Shown here piece after piece: positions 18,129 through 24,780 of a stretch of 32,000 nucleotides of DNA. The translations under genes and the position numbers were made by a program. The stretch is from contig NC_000964.3 of assembly GCF_000009045.1 (NCBI RefSeq), forward strand, positions 510,001-542,000, in the 5' to 3' direction. Every line of letters starts with the position of its first letter. The first letter of the stretch is position 1. The notes beneath the pieces are model-generated. The model was not told the DNA's origin. It saw only the letters and a list, made by a program, of their open reading frames with translations, and ran no database searches. Source of the stretch: Bacillus subtilis subsp. subtilis str. 168. GTDB lineage: Bacteria > Bacillota > Bacilli > Bacillales > Bacillaceae.

Positions 18129-18581
18129 ATGGATAACAAAGAGCTTCAAAAGCTGACAGAGGATATTTCTGAAACATATTTTAAAAAGCCGTTCCGCCAT
18201 CAGGCGCTTTTTAATGACCGGCTTAAAACCACTGGCGGCAGGTACCTGTTAACCTCCCATAACATTGAATTGAACAGAAAATATTTGATTGAACACGGCA
18301 GGGAGGAACTGATTGGCATCATCAAGCACGAGCTCTGCCATTATCATCTTCATCTTGAAGGAAAAGGGTACAAGCACAGAGACAGAGATTTTAGAATGCT
18401 ATTGCAGCAGGTCAACGCGCCGAGGTTCTGTACACCCCTTAAGAAAAAAGCGGAAAACAAAAAAACTTATATGTATATCTGTACGACCTGCGGCCAACAG
18501 TATATAAAGAAGCGCGCCATGAACCCTGACAGATACAGATGCGGAAAATGCCGCGGAAAAATAAAAAGAATTTTTTCGTGA
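18129..18581 (+). CDS. ydcK: SprT-like zinc metalloprotease-fold protein YdcK
   Basis: ATG at 18129 lies 5 nt after GAGGTG and gives 150 aa. It has the HELCHYHLH (HExxH) motif and a C-terminal CxxC...CxxC zinc ribbon. Confidence 0.88.
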   Translation: MDNKELQKLTEDISETYFKKPFRHQALFNDRLKTTGGRYLLTSHNIELNRKYLIEHGREELIGIIKHELCHYHLHLEGKGYKHRDRDFRMLLQQVNAPRFCTPLKKKAENKKTYMYICTTCGQQYIKKRAMNPDRYRCGKCRGKIKRIFS

Positions 18582-18657
18582 AAAAGGTTGACGAATATGG
18601 CAAGCCTATGTTACATTATAAAAGTCGTCACGAGAGATAAATAAAAACATTTACCTC

Positions 18658-18686
18658 TTGACACTGCAAATCAAGGCTGATATAAT
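18658..18686 (+). promoter_or_regulatory. consensus SigA promoter of the tRNA cluster
   Basis: TTGACA (18658-18663), a 17-nt spacer, then TATAAT (18681-18686) with an upstream TG (18678-18679) giving an extended -10. A weaker TTGACG at 18588 may be a second promoter. Confidence 0.8.
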
Positions 18687-18703
18687 AAGTCTTGTCTCAT
18701 TAT

Positions 18704-18778
18704 TCCACAGTAGCTCAGTGGTAGAGCTATCGGCTGTTAACCGATCGGTCGCAGGTTCGAATCCTGCCTGTGGAGCCA
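18704..18778 (+). tRNA. trnS-Asn: tRNA-Asn (GTT), CCA encoded
   Basis: Acceptor stem TCCACAG/CTGTGGA, anticodon loop CTGTTAA, T-loop GGTTCGAATCC. Confidence 0.93.
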
Positions 18779-18782
18779 TATT

Positions 18783-18873
18783 GGAGAAGTACTCAAGTGG
18801 CTGAAGAGGCGCCCCTGCTAAGGGTGTAGGTCGCGTAAGCGGCGCGAGGGTTCAAATCCCTCCTTCTCCGCCA
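18783..18873 (+). tRNA. trnS-Ser: tRNA-Ser (GCT), long variable arm, CCA encoded
   Basis: Acceptor stem GGAGAAG/CTTCTCC, anticodon loop CTGCTAA, long extra arm, T-loop GGTTCAAATCC. Confidence 0.93.
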
Positions 18874-18902
18874 TAAGATTTCGATATAAGTTCTCAACCA
18901 TC

Positions 18903-18974
18903 GGCCCGTTGGTCAAGCGGTTAAGACACCGCCCTTTCACGGCGGTAACACGGGTTCGAATCCCGTACGGGTCA
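18903..18974 (+). tRNA. trnS-Glu: tRNA-Glu (TTC), no encoded CCA
   Basis: Acceptor stem GGCCCGT/ACGGGTC, anticodon loop CTTTCAC. The discriminator A is followed by TTC. Confidence 0.92.
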
Positions 18975-18985
18975 TTCCATTTCGT

Positions 18986-19060
18986 TGGGCTATAGCCAAG
19001 CGGTAAGGCAACGGACTTTGACTCCGTCATGCGTTGGTTCGAATCCAGCTAGCCCAGCCA
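18986..19060 (+). tRNA. trnS-Gln: tRNA-Gln (TTG), CCA encoded
   Basis: Acceptor stem TGGGCTA/TAGCCCA, anticodon loop CTTTGAC. Confidence 0.92.
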
Positions 19061-19086
19061 TTTTTATTTTTGAAATCTAATAGTAA

Positions 19087-19162
19087 GAGCCATTAGCTCA
19101 GTTGGTAGAGCATCTGACTTTTAATCAGAGGGTCGAAGGTTCGAGTCCTTCATGGCTCACCA
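19087..19162 (+). tRNA. trnS-Lys: tRNA-Lys (TTT), CCA encoded
   Basis: Acceptor stem GAGCCAT/ATGGCTC, anticodon loop CTTTTAA. Confidence 0.93.
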
Positions 19163-19173
19163 TTTGTCTTTTT

Positions 19174-19255
19174 GCGGGTGTGGCGGAATTGGCAGACGCG
19201 CTAGACTTAGGATCTAGTGTCTTACGACGTGGGGGTTCGAGTCCCTTCACCCGCA
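19174..19255 (+). tRNA. trnS-Leu1: tRNA-Leu (TAG), no encoded CCA
   Basis: Acceptor stem GCGGGTG/CACCCGC, anticodon arm CTAGA-CTTAGGA-TCTAG, with a variable arm. Confidence 0.92.
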
Positions 19256-19335
19256 CTTTATTTACAAAGTGCACGCAAATCTGTTTTACTAGGTTAAGAG
19301 CCTACTAAACCAGCACAACACAATTTAATGATCAC

Positions 19336-19421
<86 letters not shown>

Positions 19422-19425
19422 AATG

Positions 19426-19459
19426 ATACCAAGGGTTTTGACACCCTTGGTATTTTTTT
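19426..19459 (+). terminator. Rho-independent terminator of the tRNA operon
   Basis: ATACCAAGGGT (19426-19436), loop TTTGAC, ACCCTTGGTAT (19443-19453), running into T7. Confidence 0.88.
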
Positions 19460-19480
19460 GTGTTTATTTTCAAATGATTT

Positions 19481-19500
19481 ACTGCCCACAAACTGCCCAC
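19481..19500. repeat. two ACTGCCCAC direct repeats with 11-bp phasing; candidate arm-type recombinase binding sites
   Basis: ACTGCCCAC occurs at 19481-19489 and 19492-19500, between the att core and the 3' end of int. Confidence 0.45.
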
Positions 19501-19504
19501 TTAC

Positions 19505-20611
19505 CTAAAGTAAGTCATCTAATTTATCAGCCATTTCCTTTTGCTTGTTTGGATATAGGTGTCCATAAACATCAATTGTTGTTTTTACAGAACCATGTCC
19601 TAAACGCTCTTTAATTGTTATGTAATCTTCTCCTTGGTGTATTAATAGTGCAACGTGTGAATGTCTAAAATCATGTAAACGTATAGGAGTAAGATCGCTA
19701 TCCTTGCAAAAGTATTTAATTTTCCGACTGAAAATATCTTTTCTTGAAGGTGTATCTTTATATTGAAAGATATAGGTATCATGTGAATGTCTAATACCTA
19801 ATTCATTAAACAACTCTTCTTGTGCTTCTTTCCAACGTTCTAGTAGCTTAAGCAATTTTTTATTGATGCTAACTCGCCGAATCGAATTTTTAGTTTTTGG
19901 AGTAGTAACAACAAATTGACCATCAAGCCAGGTGCACGATTTATGCACATCTATTTCTAATAAGATTTTGTCAATATCTTTCCATTGCAGGGCGAGCATT
20001 TCACCACATCTTAGTCCAGTTAAAAAAGCAACAGTGTAAAAGGTTTTAAACAATAATTGATCTTGAGGAATTAAACTAATAAATTTTTTGAATTCTTCTG
20101 GTCTCCAAAACTTCATTTTCTTTCTTGTTAAAGGTAATCGTTTAACGTTGTCACACGGATTTCTTTTTAAGATTTCTTCATGTACAGCTGTATCAAAAAT
20201 TTTGCTTAGACTAGTCATTATATTATTAACCGATTTATTGCTTAGACCTGTTTCCATTAAATGTTTTCTGAAATCAGTTATTTCTCTATGTGTGATTTTT
20301 TGTATATCAGATTTCAAAAAGTAATCAGATATATGTTTGTTTATAATGTACTTCTGATTCTGATAATAGTTTGGTTTACTATCTATTTCACAACTTGCTA
20401 AATAAATTGAAATTAGAGTCGGAAAGCTTACTGATCTGGACTTTCTTGCTCTTTCTTCTTGAAATTCTCTTCTTAATTTTGCTTCTAATTCTAAAGCCTC
20501 TTTTCTGGTTGATGCTACTGGTCTCGTCCTAATTCTTTCTCCAGTAATCGGGTCAAATCCAAAGCTAACGTCAACTTGATATTGACCATTTTCAAGTTTT
20601 TTTACAGACAT
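19505..20611 (-). CDS. int: tyrosine recombinase / integrase Int
   Basis: 368 aa with the catalytic-domain motifs TGLRCGE, HDFRHSH and LGHGSVKTTIDVYGHLY (R-H-R-Y). It lies adjacent to the tRNA target. Confidence 0.93.
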   Translation of the reverse strand: MSVKKLENGQYQVDVSFGFDPITGERIRTRPVASTRKEALELEAKLRREFQEERARKSRSVSFPTLISIYLASCEIDSKPNYYQNQKYIINKHISDYFLKSDIQKITHREITDFRKHLMETGLSNKSVNNIMTSLSKIFDTAVHEEILKRNPCDNVKRLPLTRKKMKFWRPEEFKKFISLIPQDQLLFKTFYTVAFLTGLRCGEMLALQWKDIDKILLEIDVHKSCTWLDGQFVVTTPKTKNSIRRVSINKKLLKLLERWKEAQEELFNELGIRHSHDTYIFQYKDTPSRKDIFSRKIKYFCKDSDLTPIRLHDFRHSHVALLIHQGEDYITIKERLGHGSVKTTIDVYGHLYPNKQKEMADKLDDLL

Positions 20612-20623
20612 TTTATTTCTCCT

Positions 20624-21133
20624 TTAACCAAAAGCGCTTATTTCGTGTGAATAGATTCTGTTACTAAATGAGCCAATTTGAGAAAGTTTATAATCAGTAA
20701 CAAATGATGGTACGTTGAAGTATGCTGCTATTTGTTCTTTGCTAAAACCCTGTATATATGGAAGGGCTTCATTAAGCATTTTATCTGTCAGTATTAATTC
20801 TGATGCAAATAGGCTTGCTTGATGCTCAAGTTTATCTTTTAGAACTTTAGAGCAATTCACAACTTTAAAAGTGTTCAATCTTTTATGGAGAAAGTAATGC
20901 CCTAATTCATGGGCAATTACAAATTGTTGATGTTGGAGGTTCTCGTTGATATGGATTAAATATTGATCTGTGGCTTTGTCATGTTGTAGTAAACCGTTTG
21001 CTTGTCCAAGATCATTTTTGAGTATATAAATTTTTTGGATGTCACAAATTTCATAGACATTATTTGTACCATGTGTCTTAATTACTGATTGCACTTTATG
21101 TTTAATTCCTTTGCTTGTATAAATTGTTATCAC
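20624..21133 (-). CDS. immA: ImmA anti-repressor metalloprotease
   Basis: 169 aa with the HEXXH motif (AHELGHYFLH), IrrE/ImmA family. It is translationally coupled to immR by a 4-nt overlap. Confidence 0.9.
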   Translation of the reverse strand: MITIYTSKGIKHKVQSVIKTHGTNNVYEICDIQKIYILKNDLGQANGLLQHDKATDQYLIHINENLQHQQFVIAHELGHYFLHKRLNTFKVVNCSKVLKDKLEHQASLFASELILTDKMLNEALPYIQGFSKEQIAAYFNVPSFVTDYKLSQIGSFSNRIYSHEISAFG

Positions 21134-21513
21134 TCTTTCTTCTTTAATTCGTCAATGAATTTAATTCCGTTTTTTAATGCTTTTTTAACAAGGCGTGCAG
21201 TTTCCTCATCAAATTCACCATCATTCATAAAAAGGAGTGTATCTTCATCCTTTAATTCCTGTATGGCTTCATTAATTGTTTTATTGAGTAAATCAGTTTC
21301 GTTTTTCTTGCTTACTTCATCCTTTCCTAATAAATAGTCTGTAGATACGTTATATAAGTTGCTCAATTTTAAGAGTGTGTCTGTATCAGGATCTCTGTAA
21401 TCTCTTTCGTAATTAGACAAGTTATTGTTACCGATATTAAGTTTCTCTGCGGCTTCTTTCTGAGTGTACCCAGCTTTTTGTCGAGCTTCTTTTAATCGTT
21501 TGCCTAGGCTCAT
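21130..21513 (-). CDS. immR: ImmR immunity repressor (XRE-family HTH)
   Basis: An N-terminal HTH (YTQKEAAEKLNIGNNNLSNYERD). The ATG at 21513 gives MSLGKRLKEA, 127 aa, whereas the ORF-track start at 21531 adds 6 codons. Confidence 0.88.
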   Translation of the reverse strand: MSLGKRLKEARQKAGYTQKEAAEKLNIGNNNLSNYERDYRDPDTDTLLKLSNLYNVSTDYLLGKDEVSKKNETDLLNKTINEAIQELKDEDTLLFMNDGEFDEETARLVKKALKNGIKFIDELKKKE

Positions 21514-21526
21514 TTTTATCATCCAT

Positions 21527-21766
21527 TTCACAAAGAGTTGATTTTTATAAAAATAATAACAACATTTTTTGGAGAATTCATTAATTTCACCTATAAGTTA
21601 AATAAATAATTCTAAATTCTCCTTTTAGGAGTGTTTGTTTCTTCTTTATGGAGAGTTTAATTATCAATATTTCCATATATGTTCAAAAAAATACACTTTA
21701 AGGTGAATTTTGTGTTGACTTACACGAAAAGGAGTTTTATAATAAAGTTAATTCACAAAGAGTTGA
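21527..21766. promoter_or_regulatory. immR-xis divergent control region with repeated operator-like motifs
   Basis: An exact 15-bp direct repeat TTCACAAAGAGTTGA occurs at 21527-21541 and 21752-21766. Related CAC-N(3-6)-AGTT motifs lie at about 21587-21598, 21722-21736 and 21648-21657. Confidence 0.7.
21715..21743 (+). promoter_or_regulatory. Pxis, SigA-type promoter driving xis and the conjugation operon
   Basis: TTGACT (21715-21720), a 17-nt spacer, then TATAAT (21738-21743), 44 nt upstream of xis. Confidence 0.8.
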
Positions 21767-21786
21767 GTTAACGAGGAGGTGATATT

Positions 21787-21981
21787 TTGAAAGGAGAGTT
21801 TTTAACTGCGAGAGATATTCAAAAAATTCTTGGAGTTAAACAGGCTAAATCTTATGACATCATTAGAACTTTGAATGCTCAAATGAAAGAAGAAGGATAT
21901 ATGGTCATTCAAGGTAAGGTGAGTAGAGCTAAGTTTGAAGAGTGTTATTGTTACAAAGGCCCAAAATCTCAAACGGGGTGA
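21787..21981 (+). CDS. xis: excisionase Xis
   Basis: A 64-aa ORF with TTG start after GAGGAGGTG and a small MerR/excisionase-like HTH (LTARDIQKILGVKQAKSYDII). It is the first gene after Pxis. Confidence 0.88.
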   Translation: MKGEFLTARDIQKILGVKQAKSYDIIRTLNAQMKEEGYMVIQGKVSRAKFEECYCYKGPKSQTG

Positions 21982-22238
21982 TTTTTATAAACATTGATAT
22001 AACAAACTCGTTTATGAAAGAAGCTGTCCCTTTAGCTAGACAAATGGAAGGTGATTGGATAGCACGAATGAAAATTGCTCTGAATTCAGTCATTATAAAT
22101 CATTATTTAAACCTTCCCTTAACAATTGAAAATGTTAATGAATTACTGCGAAAAGGCGTTTCATATCGCAGGATATGTAAGCATTACGGCATTGGAAGAA
22201 AAGACATTGAAAAGCTTCGGCAATCATCCGTAGTGTGA
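21942..22238 (+). CDS. ydzL: small hypothetical protein YdzL (start uncertain: GTG 21942, GTG 21978 or ATG 22014)
   Basis: The ORF overlaps the xis 3' end. The C-terminal segment LRKGVSYRRICKHYGIGRKDIEKL looks like an HTH. No strong RBS precedes any candidate start. Confidence 0.55.
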   Translation: MLLLQRPKISNGVIFINIDITNSFMKEAVPLARQMEGDWIARMKIALNSVIINHYLNLPLTIENVNELLRKGVSYRRICKHYGIGRKDIEKLRQSSVV

Positions 22239-22291
22239 CGTTATATACCACTATAGGGAGCCGTTAAGAATCCTTTGAAAGGAGGGATGCG

Positions 22292-22552
22292 ATGAAAATA
22301 AGAGTGAATGCAACAATCATTACTGATGTTGAAGCTTTAAAGGCTGATAAGGATTTGAATCATTTTAAAGACTATGCCACTTGTGAAACATTCGTTGTTG
22401 ATGCTGATAATCATTTGAAGGCTAATGAAGAAATATCTGAGTTGTTAAAAGGCTGGGATTGGTGGTGTATCTGGTCAACTCGTCCATTGAGTAAAAAGGA
22501 TAACCAAGTGTTTACTTTGTATAACGATGATTTGTATAACTTATGTCGATAG
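22292..22552 (+). CDS. devI: DevI (YdcO), ICE-encoded inhibitor of host sporulation/biofilm development
   Basis: 86 aa with a strong RBS (AAAGGAGGG 6 nt upstream). The identity comes from position and my recollection of ICEBs1 gene order. Confidence 0.8.
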   Translation: MKIRVNATIITDVEALKADKDLNHFKDYATCETFVVDADNHLKANEEISELLKGWDWWCIWSTRPLSKKDNQVFTLYNDDLYNLCR

Positions 22553-22584
22553 GAGTGTTTGTTCCTTGAAAACTACATATAGAC

Positions 22585-22621
22585 AAAAAAAGCGCCTTGA
22601 CGAATGATCATCAAGAACGCC
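22585..22621 (-). terminator. terminator-like hairpin followed by T7 on the minus strand
   Basis: The minus strand reads GGCGTTCTTGA-TGATCATTCG-TCAAGGCGC-TTTTTTT. The stem is 5 + 3 bp with a small internal loop. On the plus strand there is no U-tract after the hairpin. Confidence 0.45.
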
Positions 22622-22645
22622 GGAAAATAAAAACTAGACACTTTT

Positions 22646-22674
22646 ATTATACGGTATTCTTGTTGAAATGTCAT
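22646..22674 (-). promoter_or_regulatory. near-consensus SigA promoter on the minus strand inside the devI-helP gap
   Basis: The minus strand reads ATGACA (22674-22669), a 17-nt spacer, then TATAAT (22651-22646). The terminator-like hairpin begins about 20 nt downstream of the predicted start. Confidence 0.5.
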
Positions 22675-22921
22675 GCGTGAGTATTTGAGTGATGAACAGC
22701 AATCACTTTAAATGCTGTAGCAGGCTAGAATAAGCGTGCGGAATAGCTGTAGTCAGCTTGATGGCTATAATTAGCCTACTAGGTTGCCATGAGGGCGTAA
22801 AGCCGTTAGCAACTGATAAGCGCCAAGATGGATACAGAACCGGAGCGAATCAAAAACATAAAATCGAAATTAATGTTCTTTTGTAAATAAATTATAAAAA
22901 AATGAAATGGGGATATGAAAA

Positions 22922-23302
22922 ATGAACTTAAACTTTATTGTACCGGATATCAATATGACTTTTGGAGACATGAAATTCATGGGACTTAACAGAGAAAGGT
23001 ATGTTTATGATCGTGAAAATAATAAGCGTACTGACGTACTGGAATCTAGGATTTATAACATTGCTAGTGCTGTCCAAGGTGGTCAAATTGAAGTAACTAT
23101 TCCTGAGTATGCTGGGGCAAAAGAAATTCCTCCTTTTGCAGATATTGAGTTGAAAAATCCAAAAATTAGCGCTATGGCGACTAGTCAAAGGGATTCGACG
23201 TATGCCAATGTGATGTGGAAACTTGAAGCTGATGATATTGTTGTTAAAGGTGGCTCTTCTGTGAAACCTGCCGCGGCAACTGGCGGGAATGAAAAGAAAT
23301 AA
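22922..23302 (+). CDS. helP: helicase processivity factor HelP (YdcP, DUF961)
   Basis: A 126-aa ORF in the position of ydcP in ICEBs1, with RBS GGGGA upstream. Confidence 0.82.
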
Positions 23303-23337
23303 CATGATGCTCTCATATCGGCAGGCGGGTGATGTAT

Positions 23338-24780
23338 ATGAGTGATTTCTTAAACAAAAGATTTTGGAAATACAGGGGCAAACGAATCCGCCCGTACATG
23401 AGAAACAACGTAAAGTTAGCAGGCGCAATCATCTTTGTGCCTGTTTTTTTATTGTCTATGTTCCTTTTTTGGAGAGAACAACTCATTCATTTTGATCTAT
23501 CTCAAGTGATAAAAAATTTTGAATGGAATGTGCCTTTAATCATTAAAAGCGTTTTATGCTCTGTGCTAATTGCTGTTGGAAGCATAGTTGCATCTTACTT
23601 TCTTTTGTTTGACAGCTATAAGAAAATCCTTCACAGGCAAAAGATTGCTAAAATGATTTTCTCTAACAAGTTTTACGAAAAAGAAAACGTGAAAGTAAGA
23701 AAAATCTTTTCAAATGAAACTGACTCAAAGGAAAAGATCACATACTTTCCTAGAATGTATTACCAGGTCAAAAACAACCACATCTATATTCGTATTGCTA
23801 TGGACATGAGCCGTTTTCAGAATCGCTTCCTAGACTTAGGAAAGGATTTGGAAAACGGCTTATTTTGTGACTTGGTTGATAAACAAATGGAAGAAGGTTT
23901 TGTATGCTTTAAGCTTCTTTACGATGTCAAAAAGAATCGTATTTCCATTGATGATGCAGTAGCTGAGAATGGAGTCCTTCCGTTAATGAAGCATATCTCA
24001 TGGCAATTTGATAAGTTGCCGCACATGCTTATTGCTGGTGGTACAGGTGGAGGGAAAACATACTTCATGCTAACGATCATTAAGGCATGTGTTGGACTGG
24101 GGGCAGATGTAAGAATACTAGACCCTAAAAATGCAGATTTAGCAGACTTGGAAGAAGTACTTCCGAAAAAGGTCTATTCCCAAAAGAACGGTATTCTTAT
24201 GTGCCTGAGAAAGTCTGTAGATGGCATGATGGAACGAATGGATGAAATGAAGCAAATGTCTAACTATAAGACAGGTGAAAACTATGCTTATTTAGGCTTA
24301 AAACCTGTTTTTATCTTCTTTGATGAATATGTGGCATTTATGGATTTGTTAGATATGAAAGAAAGAAACGAAGCCCTTTCTTACATGAAACAGTTGGTCA
24401 TGTTGGGGAGACAGGCGGGGTATTTTCTCGTTTTAGGCGCACAACGTCCAGATGCAAAATATTTAGCTGACGGTATTCGTGATCAGTTTAGCTTTCGTGT
24501 TTCATTGGGTTTAATGTCCGATACGGGTTACGGAATGATGTTTGGCGATGTTGAAAAAGCATATGTGAATAAAAAGGAGACAGGGCGAGGATATGCCAAT
24601 GTGGGCACAGGTTCAGTGTTGGAGTTTTACAGCCCTATCGTGCCGAAAGGATATGATTTTATGTCATCTATTAAAAATGCGCTGGTTGGAGTCGAGGGAG
24701 CGCAGGCGACGGCAGTCGCCAGCGGCAGCGTAAGCGACCAGACGGCCAGCGGCGAAGGAGTGAGCGAAGCGAATGGATGA
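23338..24780 (+). CDS. conQ: conjugative coupling protein ConQ (FtsK/SpoIIIE-VirD4-like ATPase)
   Basis: Two N-terminal TM helices, Walker A (IAGGTGGGKTY) and Walker B (VFIFFDEY). ATG at 23338 gives 480 aa (MSDFLNK). Confidence 0.9.
   Translation: MSDFLNKRFWKYRGKRIRPYMRNNVKLAGAIIFVPVFLLSMFLFWREQLIHFDLSQVIKNFEWNVPLIIKSVLCSVLIAVGSIVASYFLLFDSYKKILHRQKIAKMIFSNKFYEKENVKVRKIFSNETDSKEKITYFPRMYYQVKNNHIYIRIAMDMSRFQNRFLDLGKDLENGLFCDLVDKQMEEGFVCFKLLYDVKKNRISIDDAVAENGVLPLMKHISWQFDKLPHMLIAGGTGGGKTYFMLTIIKACVGLGADVRILDPKNADLADLEEVLPKKVYSQKNGILMCLRKSVDGMMERMDEMKQMSNYKTGENYAYLGLKPVFIFFDEYVAFMDLLDMKERNEALSYMKQLVMLGRQAGYFLVLGAQRPDAKYLADGIRDQFSFRVSLGLMSDTGYGMMFGDVEKAYVNKKETGRGYANVGTGSVLEFYSPIVPKGYDFMSSIKNALVGVEGAQATAVASGSVSDQTASGEGVSEANG

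Noticed and set aside
21626-21639. 14-bp exact repeat TAGGAGTGTTTGTT at 21626-21639 (immR-xis region) and 22550-22563 (just after devI).
   Set aside because: My rough estimate is that a few exact 14-mers are expected by chance in 32 kb of A+T-rich DNA on two strands. There is no dyad symmetry or other supporting context. It might be worth a look only if ImmR footprints there.
22553-22921. Type I toxin-antitoxin interpretation of the devI-helP gap. The candidate small hydrophobic peptides are minus-strand 33 aa MTFQQEYRIIKVSSFYFPAFLMIIRQGAFFVYM, minus-strand 17 aa MFLIRSGSVSILALISC, and plus-strand 41 aa MAIISLLGCHEG...
   Set aside because: None has a Shine-Dalgarno sequence. The 33-aa ORF starts inside the -35 of the proposed promoter, so it would not be on the short transcript. 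It is kept only as something to check against ribosome-profiling data.
22928-23428. 166-aa minus-strand ORF antisense to helP and the conQ 5' end.
   Set aside because: It lies almost entirely opposite a well-supported gene, has no RBS, and its translation is Cys/Arg/Phe-rich and looks non-protein-like. This is typical of a shadow ORF in A+T-rich DNA.
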